A stretch of DNA of 58,247 nt from a virus (Duplodnaviria; Heunggongvirae; Uroviricota; Caudoviricetes). Both the position numbers and the translations under genes were made by a program. Positions 40,991 through 49,479 of the stretch are shown here, one piece after another; the first letter of the stretch is position 1, and each line of letters opens with the position of its first letter. The stretch lies in the IMG/VR virus record IMGVR_UViG_3300014205_000176. The stretch is one strand, 5' to 3'. The notes under the pieces are model-generated. The model was not told the origin of the DNA, did not search any database, and saw nothing but the letters and a program-made list of their open reading frames with translations.

Positions 40991-41557
40991 ATGAGATACT
41001 CCAGACCGCAACCACGAATCGATCACCGATATATTTTTGGCCGTTTCATTCGAGAATCAAAGATAGTTTGCATAAATCAAGACAATAACAATATTGGAAT
41101 CATCGAGACTCATGAGGCCTTACGTATGGCTCATGCGGCCAATTTGGAATTGGTGCTGGTATCACAAGGGAAGAACGGCAATCCCTCAACTTGTAAGATT
41201 CTTGACTTTGGCAAGTACAAGTTCGAACAAGAGAAGAGAGATCGCACGGCCAAGAAAAAGCAGCGTGAGAATGCAGTCCAAATCAAAGAGGTTCGGCTGC
41301 GCCCAAGTACAGGCGAACACGATTTGGAAGTCAAGGCGCGTCAGCTAAAAGAGTTCCTTGATGAGGGTAATCGGCTCAAGGTAACCGTTCAATTCCGTGG
41401 TCGAGAGATGGCCCACCGCGACGTTGGTGTTGAGACAATGAAGAAGTTCGCACAGCTGATTTCGGCTCAGTACGAAGGGGATCCTTTGATCACTGGCAGA
41501 AATATGACTGTGGTTTTGCATAAAGGCGATCAGAGGGCTGAAGCTCGGGCTGGATGA
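40991..41557 (+). CDS. infC: translation initiation factor IF-3
   Basis: LELVLVS...CKILDFGKYKFEQ...KEVRLRP...HDLEVK...KVTVQFRGRE. Confidence 0.96.
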   Translation: MRYSRPQPRIDHRYIFGRFIRESKIVCINQDNNNIGIIETHEALRMAHAANLELVLVSQGKNGNPSTCKILDFGKYKFEQEKRDRTAKKKQRENAVQIKEVRLRPSTGEHDLEVKARQLKEFLDEGNRLKVTVQFRGREMAHRDVGVETMKKFAQLISAQYEGDPLITGRNMTVVLHKGDQRAEARAG

Positions 41558-41715
41558 GAAAGATAACCAAGAAGAAGTGCGCACGGATTGTGGGGCTGGC
41601 CATCAAATTACCATTTGAACCAGCTCGCACTCAAGAAGCTATTGATGTCAGCCCAAACTTTTGGAGGATGGCTATCAAACAGTTCAACCGCGAGTTTTTA
41701 ACCTGGGGCCTTTAG
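41554..41715 (+). CDS. small hypothetical protein (53 aa)
   Basis: ATGA overlap with the infC stop; read manually. Confidence 0.4.
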   Translation: MRKITKKKCARIVGLAIKLPFEPARTQEAIDVSPNFWRMAIKQFNREFLTWGL

Positions 41716-41734
41716 GGAGGGGTAGTCCACAGTC

Positions 41735-42169
41735 ATGATCATTACCGATGAAAGTTTACTGAGGGTGAAATGTGAATTGGTATTACCATCCGAGGTAGAT
41801 GATCTTCGAGCCAAACTTGAAGAGGGTTTAGCTTGGGCAGCAAAGCACAATCGGGTTGGTGTTGGCTTAGCCTGTCCTCAAATTGGCATCGCAAAGGAAA
41901 TGGCTATAATTCGCGTAGAAGATATAAAGATTGATTTAGTTAATGCGAAAATAGCTAAAAAGTATTACCAATTTGAATTTGATGGTGAAGGATGTTTGAG
42001 TTTTCCCGGTAGATATGAAAAAACCTTGCGATACAAAGAAATTGTTGTCGAGGGAAATTTGGTACATCCACATAGGTTCATAGCTACCGGGTTTGCTGCT
42101 GTAGTAATTTCCCACGAATTAGATCATCTCAACGGTATTTTACTCCCAGACGCTGCAATAGCTAAGTGA
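41735..42169 (+). CDS. def: peptide deformylase
   Basis: GVGLACPQIG, EGCLSFPG, HELDHLNG. Confidence 0.96.
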   Translation: MIITDESLLRVKCELVLPSEVDDLRAKLEEGLAWAAKHNRVGVGLACPQIGIAKEMAIIRVEDIKIDLVNAKIAKKYYQFEFDGEGCLSFPGRYEKTLRYKEIVVEGNLVHPHRFIATGFAAVVISHELDHLNGILLPDAAIAK

Positions 42170-42247
42170 TCTATAGAGAATCATTACGGTATTTAAGTTG
42201 ATTTTGAACTAGGCATTATCTCGGTTAGCTACTACGGAGCGGAGAGT

Positions 42248-42457
42248 ATGGACAAAGCCATCCAGGAACTATTTGTAAGTCAGAGCCAGGTTATCGCCAC
42301 ATTAGCTCTTCGTATTTCAGTGTTAGAGAAACTATTGCTGGAGAAGAAAATTCTCACCGAAGCTGAAATTCTCAAGGATACAGAGATCCTTGGTAAGGAA
42401 TTTGCAGCGAAAACTCAAGAAGCTTTCCGCAAAGCGGCCCAGATGAGCAAGGGATAA
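42248..42457 (+). CDS. hypothetical protein
   Basis: 69-aa ORF with SD GGAG. Confidence 0.65.
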   Translation: MDKAIQELFVSQSQVIATLALRISVLEKLLLEKKILTEAEILKDTEILGKEFAAKTQEAFRKAAQMSKG

Positions 42458-42542
42458 GGTCGAATGTTCGCTAGTGAACAGATCGATCTTTTTCTTTTTC
42501 AGCGATATTAGATGCAAGAGAAATATCTACAAGGAGTTCTGA

Positions 42543-42842
42543 ATGTTGGATATTGATAATGGAATCAGTCTTGTTAAGTTTGCTGCAACCTGGTGCGCCC
42601 CATGTAAGACGGTAGCGAGTACTATCAAGAAGGTTCAGCCTGAGTTTGAGAATATAAGGTTTCAGGAAGTTGACGTAGATGATGTTCCAAGCCTTGCGAA
42701 AGATTATAAGATCAGGAGCGTTCCTACTGTTATAGTATTCAAAGATGGTGCTGAATACACCAGAGTTATGGGTGCTCTAAAAGTAGATGCTCTCCGTAAG
42801 ATTTTGAGAGACGCTGTAAAAGGTAAAGAACAAGCAGCGTAA
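42543..42842 (+). CDS. thioredoxin
   Basis: FAATWCAPCK, IRSVPT; SD AGGAG. Confidence 0.93.
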   Translation: MLDIDNGISLVKFAATWCAPCKTVASTIKKVQPEFENIRFQEVDVDDVPSLAKDYKIRSVPTVIVFKDGAEYTRVMGALKVDALRKILRDAVKGKEQAA

Positions 42843-42857
42843 CGAAGGAGAAGTAAG

Positions 42858-43178
42858 ATGGTAAAAACGGAATCAGATAAGGCCGTTGAACAAACCGCAG
42901 CCGCAAAACTTTGGGACAAGATCAAAGATCTTCCCATGGACATTTTCGCTCTGCCAAACCAAACCGTGAAGGATCATGCTAAGCGCGAAGAGGGAATGGA
43001 TAATGTGTTCCCGAATGACGTCTACGTTATTCTACGCTCAGCTGCCGCCTATCCGGCTTTGGAAGAGGCTCTTGGAACTGCCCAGGCACGAAACCAAATC
43101 AAGCTTGCAAAGGGCGAGAGATTTGAAGTGTCCCAAAGTGCGCGGTACACAGTTATTAAAGTTGTTTCCAATCTATAA
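42858..43178 (+). CDS. hypothetical protein
   Basis: 106-aa ORF with SD AAGGAG. Confidence 0.7.
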   Translation: MVKTESDKAVEQTAAAKLWDKIKDLPMDIFALPNQTVKDHAKREEGMDNVFPNDVYVILRSAAAYPALEEALGTAQARNQIKLAKGERFEVSQSARYTVIKVVSNL

Positions 43179-43211
43179 TTCGCTAGTTTTCTAGCGTGAG
43201 CTGAAATAAAT

Positions 43212-43655
43212 GTGGAGGAGAATGCTTACTTAGTACTAGGCTGTTATGGAAGAACAGAGAACGGTTTCGTTCTTTGCACTTCAACGCAGAATCGTATTCT
43301 TAAACTGGATGATGGCCTAGTAAATGTTGAGGGTGTTACAAGCTATTTCGACGCAGTAAAGCTATTTGATAGGCCATTGCTTGATCAAAATGCTATTCGG
43401 CATCTAATCTACAATCTTCAAGAACGCTTTGAGCAGAAGTTCAAAAGGATGTGGACCGATCACGAATATCATTTACTTGAGCGGTTCATGCAAATGCACA
43501 AACCTTGTGGTCTCTATGCTCAGTTGATAATGGTTCAGGAAGATCCTCAACAACGCTCGGTGGGTGACGATATTTCATTCGTGTGCGGTGTGCCTGAAAC
43601 ACAAAGAAAGGAAAGGAAAAATACTATAGATTTGGTCAGAACTCGGAAATTCTAA
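43212..43655 (+). CDS. hypothetical protein
   Basis: 147-aa ORF. Confidence 0.65.
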   Translation: MEENAYLVLGCYGRTENGFVLCTSTQNRILKLDDGLVNVEGVTSYFDAVKLFDRPLLDQNAIRHLIYNLQERFEQKFKRMWTDHEYHLLERFMQMHKPCGLYAQLIMVQEDPQQRSVGDDISFVCGVPETQRKERKNTIDLVRTRKF

Positions 43656-43900
43656 TGCGCTTCAACCTTATTCACCCATCCATCATTGAATTGTACATCA
43701 ATACCCTTAGTCTTCACTTACTTCAAGAAAGGCTTGGTATTGTGGGTCCTGATGGGTTAACAGATGAATTGAGAAACACTGTTGATGAAACTACTCACAA
43801 TTTTTCAATTTCAGCTGAGGCTGCCGAGCAATTGTTTGGGTCTTCCGATGTTGTTCAAGACCAATTAAATGCCTTAACTTTCACTATCGGTGATACATGA
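43655..43900 (+). CDS. hypothetical protein
   Basis: 81-aa ORF, TAATG overlap. Confidence 0.6.
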   Translation: MRFNLIHPSIIELYINTLSLHLLQERLGIVGPDGLTDELRNTVDETTHNFSISAEAAEQLFGSSDVVQDQLNALTFTIGDT

Positions 43901-44235
43901 AGCTAAAAGGAAACACATCGGTCCAGGGATTGTTGGGGGATAGGTTTTCCAACAATCCACCACGCGGTTATTCAGATCAGCTGATTGTAGAGCGTATCGA
44001 ACCAGAGCCAGGGGAGATTAAGCAGCAGGTGCCTTTCGCGTTCTCTAAAGAGGAAAAAATCGCGGTATATCAAGATCTTAAGGGCCGATTGGAAGATGGT
44101 CAAGACCCAGGTGAGATTGCCCGTGACGTTCTGGCTTGCATGGAAGAGCACATGAAAGAGAAGCAGGCTGAGGCTTACGGGGAGACGAATTCCAAACTCA
44201 AGGGTGGTAAGGGTAAATTCCGTAGAGTGGAATAG
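43897..44235 (+). CDS. hypothetical protein
   Basis: 112-aa ORF, ATGA overlap. Confidence 0.65.
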   Translation: MKLKGNTSVQGLLGDRFSNNPPRGYSDQLIVERIEPEPGEIKQQVPFAFSKEEKIAVYQDLKGRLEDGQDPGEIARDVLACMEEHMKEKQAEAYGETNSKLKGGKGKFRRVE

Positions 44236-44249
44236 TTTCGCATGAGAAT

Positions 44250-44501
44250 ATGAACGAATCTATCAACACAGCCGAAGAAGTAGTAGAGCGGCGCAAACGT
44301 TCAGCGCGCCGGCAGAAACTATTCGAAATTCTCAGGTTGATTTTAGATGGCAAGATTGATAGTTCAGAGACACCACTTGCAGGAATTTTCAATCAGAGTG
44401 GTCCACGCCAGACATATATAAGCCCTCAGCGCCGTGGTGGTAATAATTCAGGGTATATGCAGATGGATGAGTTCTTGGTTGGAAATCCTTTTGCTGAATA
44501 A
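44250..44501 (+). CDS. hypothetical protein
   Basis: 83-aa ORF. Confidence 0.6.
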   Translation: MNESINTAEEVVERRKRSARRQKLFEILRLILDGKIDSSETPLAGIFNQSGPRQTYISPQRRGGNNSGYMQMDEFLVGNPFAE

Positions 44502-44515
44502 TTAGGAGAATTTCA

Positions 44516-44902
44516 ATGCGTACTATTTCGAAAAATCTAAAGCTACGACTGTTAGCTCAAGCCGAAGAGGCTAATTTTCATGGGCTTGAAAAAGTAGCTA
44601 TGAAGCTGAATCATCAGGTTAATAGTACACCTATTCGCCAAGACTCAGAAGAATATAGCTATTCCAGAAGTGAACTGTACAATGACGTAGAGGATTTGCT
44701 TTGGAGAGCTGCCGTTCGTACGCAGGACTATTTCGGGAAGACTGCCGACGCAGGAGCAATTGGCGAGGTTATCGAATCGCTTGCTGATGAGCTGATCTCT
44801 TCTCTCCGTACCAAGATTGGTGGAGATGTTGTTATAGGACCACATGAACCTCTAGTTCCTGGTGAACAGAGAATGATTGTGGAGATTGACGAAGATGCCT
44901 AG
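44516..44902 (+). CDS. hypothetical protein
   Basis: 128-aa ORF with SD AGGAG. Confidence 0.7.
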   Translation: MRTISKNLKLRLLAQAEEANFHGLEKVAMKLNHQVNSTPIRQDSEEYSYSRSELYNDVEDLLWRAAVRTQDYFGKTADAGAIGEVIESLADELISSLRTKIGGDVVIGPHEPLVPGEQRMIVEIDEDA

Positions 44903-45437
44903 AAGCCCTTTTGTAAATGGTCCAGGAACACAGCTTCCAGATAATCAACGCATTGGATTTATGCCAACCAATAAGGAAGTGGTTGCCACTCGCGGTGTAA
45001 AACTCAGGACAAAGGCTGCTATCCAAAAAGAACAGGATCAGCAAGAGCGAGAGGAATACAAGGCGCGTTTTGAAGAGAATGCCGATAAGACTGTTAAGTA
45101 TCACGATGAAAAGTCTAAGAAAGCGATTGATATAATTACTCGTTATCACAAGCTGACTGAGGATAAAACTCTGTTCAGAAATCGTGGTAGTATTGCAACT
45201 GATGTCGAAAGAGAAATCCGGCAGCAAATAATTCAACTTGCTTTGGATATGAACAACGACGAGAACGAGGAAGATAATGGTAAGGGTTCTGTTGTTGTTT
45301 TGAGCGTCGTTACAAAGATACTTCTTATGTACCGAGATAGGTTGAATGACCTAGAATATGAAATACAACAATTAAAGCGTGAACTACACAAAGTGTCGAG
45401 TGCCTCGGCGCAGCAGACGTCCAATGCAACCAAATGA
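44895..45437 (+). CDS. hypothetical coiled-coil protein
   Basis: ATG at 44895 overlapping the upstream stop. Confidence 0.7.
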   Translation: MPRSPFVNGPGTQLPDNQRIGFMPTNKEVVATRGVKLRTKAAIQKEQDQQEREEYKARFEENADKTVKYHDEKSKKAIDIITRYHKLTEDKTLFRNRGSIATDVEREIRQQIIQLALDMNNDENEEDNGKGSVVVLSVVTKILLMYRDRLNDLEYEIQQLKRELHKVSSASAQQTSNATK

Positions 45438-45624
45438 TCTTCGACCTCAAATAATCAAAATGATTACTGAGGAAAAGGAGTATTTGGCGGCTTACAAGGG
45501 ACTATGCGCAAGATTTCAAATAACGCCGAGCCCGATTCCGGAGGCAGTTGTACAGGCCAAGGTGCAAACTTTGGAGATGATTCTGAAATGTTTGCCCACA
45601 TCAAATCGGCAAACAGAAAAGTAA
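45424..45624 (+). CDS. small hypothetical protein
   Basis: 66 aa from the ATG at 45424. Confidence 0.5.
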   Translation: MQPNDLRPQIIKMITEEKEYLAAYKGLCARFQITPSPIPEAVVQAKVQTLEMILKCLPTSNRQTEK

Positions 45625-46124
45625 GAACGATACAAATTCTTCGAGGGTATGGCTTCAAGATAGAGAAGAACTATCAGCGACCAACTTGGAGCAATAATAT
45701 CACCTGCCCTCTACCTGGTCATAAAGGGGCAAAGGAACGAACGCCTTCGTTTGGTTATTGTTTCGTATCAGATCATTGGTTTTGTTTCGGTTGCCACAAG
45801 TCTGGTCGAGCAGTTGAGTTCATTTCTCTATACGAACGGGTGTCAAGAACCTTAGTTGCCGAGAAGATTCTTGCGCAATACGGCGATGATGCAGATTTCG
45901 AAGAAGACAATGATTACATAGATGATATCTCTCCAATTTTATTGGAAGGCTCGAAACATCTACAGAATCTAATTCAAAAGCACAAAGACAATCCCAAGAA
46001 ATTAAAAGAGATTAATAGGTATGTATGGTGGTTGGATTTTTATCTAATGGCCAAGGCACCTGGAAATCACATTAAGCCAGAAGACCTAAAACGTAGAATA
46101 GATCGCGTGAAGGAAGTTCTATGA
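45588..46124 (+). CDS. DnaG-type CHC2 zinc-finger protein (no TOPRIM domain)
   Basis: CPLPGH...ERTPSF...WFCFGCHKSG. Confidence 0.85.
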   Translation: MFAHIKSANRKVRTIQILRGYGFKIEKNYQRPTWSNNITCPLPGHKGAKERTPSFGYCFVSDHWFCFGCHKSGRAVEFISLYERVSRTLVAEKILAQYGDDADFEEDNDYIDDISPILLEGSKHLQNLIQKHKDNPKKLKEINRYVWWLDFYLMAKAPGNHIKPEDLKRRIDRVKEVL

Positions 46125-47332
46125 AGTGTTTGATATTGGGTGATGTTCATCTTGGAAAGTCTACGGCAATAGGAAAATCTGCCGAGCTTGGTCAACTAAA
46201 CAGCAGAGTACAAGATCAAATAGATCTGCTGGATTGGGCGTATAATCAGTGTATCGCGACAGGTACTAAGCTTATTGCTATTACCGGCGATGTATACCAA
46301 GACTTTCGCCCGCACCCGGCTGTGATTGGAATATTCATGCGCTGGCTCAAGAAGTGCGAGCATGATGGAATCATAGTCCATGTTGTGATGGGTAACCACG
46401 ACATCATGCGCAGTGGAAATTTTATATTCTCCGCCCTAGATCTGGTAGCTGATTTAGAGATGGCGAGTGCAAAAGTTCATAAGCTATTTAACAGATTAGA
46501 GGCCGAAGATTTTACATTCGTCTTTATCCCATTCCGCGATAAGAGAATGTATGATGTCAAAACTAAAGAAGAAGCTCTTACAGCTTTACAGGCAGAACTA
46601 GCAAAAGTAATCGAAGAGCCATCATCTAAAATCAAAGTTGCAATTGGGCATCTTGCTTTTGAGGGGTCTATTGCGGTTGGGGATGAGATTGGCGATACCA
46701 TGAATGAGCTGTTCATTCCTCCAGAGATGTTGGAATGGTTTGATTTTGTATGGATGGGTCACATTCACCATCCACAGATAATCCAACATAGCAAGCCGTA
46801 CGCAGCTCATATTGGAAGCCTTGACAGATCTGATTTCTCACGATCAGAGGTTGAGAACGAGAAAATCGCTATTCTTCTTGATTCAAACCATAAGGATAAG
46901 TTTACGGAAATTGTATTACCAACTAGACCACTTCGCCCAGTTAAGATTGAAGTTCCGGTTGGCAAAGATTCAACTGAATTTGTTATCAATGAATTGTGTT
47001 TATTATCAAAGAAGTTGGAGTTCAAAGGGGCCATCGTAAGGGTTGATGTTCAGCTAAACGGAGCTGAACTTGAAAACGTAGATCAAGAAAAGGCTAAGTC
47101 TTATATTCTAAATAATCTTGAGGCATATCACATTTGTGGATTCTCAGAGATTCGAGCTGTCTCGGTAATTCAAATAGATCCAGAAGATGTATTTGATAAT
47201 ACCATGGAGATTAGCCAGAGTATTAATAAGTGGGCTGATACACGAGATGTCTTCGAGAATGATTTGGAACGAGAAGAGTTCAAAGTTGCAGCTCACGAAA
47301 TCAGAATGGAATACGAAGGAAAGTTTCTATGA
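46121..47332 (+). CDS. sbcD: SbcD/Mre11-like nuclease
   Basis: LGDVHLG, ITGDVY, MGNHD, IGHL, MGHIH, GSL. Confidence 0.92.
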   Translation: MKCLILGDVHLGKSTAIGKSAELGQLNSRVQDQIDLLDWAYNQCIATGTKLIAITGDVYQDFRPHPAVIGIFMRWLKKCEHDGIIVHVVMGNHDIMRSGNFIFSALDLVADLEMASAKVHKLFNRLEAEDFTFVFIPFRDKRMYDVKTKEEALTALQAELAKVIEEPSSKIKVAIGHLAFEGSIAVGDEIGDTMNELFIPPEMLEWFDFVWMGHIHHPQIIQHSKPYAAHIGSLDRSDFSRSEVENEKIAILLDSNHKDKFTEIVLPTRPLRPVKIEVPVGKDSTEFVINELCLLSKKLEFKGAIVRVDVQLNGAELENVDQEKAKSYILNNLEAYHICGFSEIRAVSVIQIDPEDVFDNTMEISQSINKWADTRDVFENDLEREEFKVAAHEIRMEYEGKFL

Positions 47333-49467
47333 GGCCACTTAGAATATACCTTAAGAATTTCATGAACCATCGCGAGACGGAAATTGAGATTAATTTTCAA
47401 AGCGTTCTGATTGTTGGGCGCAGCAATAAGAATGATCGAATTTCTAATGGTGTTGGTAAAACAACTCTCTTCAGGGCCATTGAATACGTTCTCTTCAACC
47501 AATCGCACGCTACCGTCTTAGAGAAGATAATTCGTGACGGAAAGCGGAAGGCTGTTGTAGAATTTGAATTCGAACTCGATGGTGAGATTTACAAGATCTA
47601 TCGCCATCGCTGTGATACCGGAGCTTCTGACGTTCGTCTTTACAAGAAGGCTGGAACCGAGTGGGCCTCAATTAGTGGACGAACCCCAAGCTTTACAGAT
47701 CAGGAAATTCAGAAGCTGATCAAAATCACCCACAAAGCCTTTACATATTCTGTTCTGTTTCGGCAAGCTGATTTGACCGGTATTACCTCCGTAGCAGATC
47801 CTAAGAAGCGCAAGGAAATTCTCAAAGAGCCGCTGAACCTTGTTCCATATACCAAGATGGAGGAATTGGCTACTAAGAGAGTTCGGCCGCTTAGGAAGGA
47901 ACTCGATAGAATAGAGGGGTCTATTTCCATGCTTGGCAATCCTGATATCGATATCAAGAAAGCCGAAGAGGAGCTGGCCACTACCATCGAACAGGTGAAA
48001 GAACATCGAGATCTGATCATTTCTATCAACGCAACGATAGAGGGTAAGCGGCTGTTGGTTGAGGATTTGAAACAATCTCTTGGTGCGCAGGATATTGATA
48101 TTCATCGTAAGGTAACTGAACAAGAGTCAGTTCTTAAGCGATTGAAAGAAAATACCAAGGTCAATGACAGAAAATTAGATAGTATTTCTGGGTTTATTCT
48201 CACTAGAGAAGAACGGCTGAAGAAGAATAAGGAAGAAGAGTCCACCGCCCAGTTCACACTCAACACCCATCTGAGCGAAGAACAAATTGATCTAGAAGAG
48301 ATTCAGCAGAAATACGATGGAGTGTGTGCTGATGAAGTAAAGGGCAGCGAATTACTAGCCGCAGCCAAGGCTCAGATCAAGTTCATCAAGAAGTCTTTAC
48401 CTGATAGTGATGAATGTCCAACGTGCAGTCAATCTATTACCGTAGCGTATCGCCAGCAAATGGAGACTGAGATTTCGGAAAGGCTCAAGAAACAAGAGGT
48501 AGAGGTTGAGTTCTACGAAGATGCGATTGGTAAGTGCCGGCGCAAGAAGGCTAGACTTGATCAAACACTCAAAGCTGTTCGCTCTAGAATCAATGAGATT
48601 AGCAAGCTAGAAACCCTCATTAAGACGCTAGGGAATGAACAGAAATCTTTACGTGACGAGATTGATAGGCTGTATGCCGATCAAAAGGAAATCTCAAAGA
48701 AGATTCAAGATGAAGAACGCCAGATCCAAGAAACTACAACCTCCCTCGAAGCGCTCAGGGAAGCCGCCGAAAAGTCCAGTGCGCCAGCGATCAATAACAA
48801 GATCTTTACTCTCAATCAGGAAATCTCCAAACATCAGGATGAGATCATTGATTGCAATCGCAGAGTTTCAAGCTTTAGCAGCGTTCAGGGCGGTCTCGAA
48901 GAAAGAATAGCCAACCGTAAGTCAGATAAGGTCAAATTAGAAAATGTTAAATCTCTTCTGGTAAAAACCCAGAGAGAACTCAAGATTCGCCAAATGGTAG
49001 TTGATGCTTTCAGTAATAGAGGAATTCCAAACTTCATTATTCAAACCATATTGGGTGAACTTCAGTTTGAAGCTAATGTAGCTCTAAAAGAACTTCGGCC
49101 AGAGCTAGACGTACAAATTGATGCCGAGTTGAACTTTACGTACCGGCGCAATGGAGAGTTGAGGGATTACTTCCAGCTATCTCATGGCCAGCATGTGTAT
49201 ATCGCTTTGGCCTTCAAGCGCGGTATGGCGAGGGTAATTCAGAAAAGAATTGGTATAGCTATCAATATTTTAGAATTTGATGAGGTTGATTCTCATTTAG
49301 ACGAGGCTGGAGTAGATGCTTTTGCAGATGCTATTCGTAAGTGGCAAAAAGATTTCACTATTTTTGTTATCACGCACAATAAAGATCTAAAAGATAAGTT
49401 CTCGCACGCCATTCTTGTAGAAGAATCAGATGATGGAGCTACCGGAACTGTTGTTACATCATGGTAA
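47329..49467 (+). CDS. sbcC: SbcC/Rad50-like SMC ATPase
   Basis: NGVGKTT, coiled coils, CPTC zinc hook, LSHGQ signature, FDEVD, ITH. Confidence 0.93.
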   Translation: MRPLRIYLKNFMNHRETEIEINFQSVLIVGRSNKNDRISNGVGKTTLFRAIEYVLFNQSHATVLEKIIRDGKRKAVVEFEFELDGEIYKIYRHRCDTGASDVRLYKKAGTEWASISGRTPSFTDQEIQKLIKITHKAFTYSVLFRQADLTGITSVADPKKRKEILKEPLNLVPYTKMEELATKRVRPLRKELDRIEGSISMLGNPDIDIKKAEEELATTIEQVKEHRDLIISINATIEGKRLLVEDLKQSLGAQDIDIHRKVTEQESVLKRLKENTKVNDRKLDSISGFILTREERLKKNKEEESTAQFTLNTHLSEEQIDLEEIQQKYDGVCADEVKGSELLAAAKAQIKFIKKSLPDSDECPTCSQSITVAYRQQMETEISERLKKQEVEVEFYEDAIGKCRRKKARLDQTLKAVRSRINEISKLETLIKTLGNEQKSLRDEIDRLYADQKEISKKIQDEERQIQETTTSLEALREAAEKSSAPAINNKIFTLNQEISKHQDEIIDCNRRVSSFSSVQGGLEERIANRKSDKVKLENVKSLLVKTQRELKIRQMVVDAFSNRGIPNFIIQTILGELQFEANVALKELRPELDVQIDAELNFTYRRNGELRDYFQLSHGQHVYIALAFKRGMARVIQKRIGIAINILEFDEVDSHLDEAGVDAFADAIRKWQKDFTIFVITHNKDLKDKFSHAILVEESDDGATGTVVTSW

Positions 49468-49479
49468 TATATTTAAATT

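Noticed and set aside
49177-49191. SbcC signature LSHGQ instead of LSGGQ as a sign of inactivation
   Set aside because: Walker A, Walker B, the H-loop and the zinc hook are intact, and signature variation is common in Rad50/SbcC proteins.
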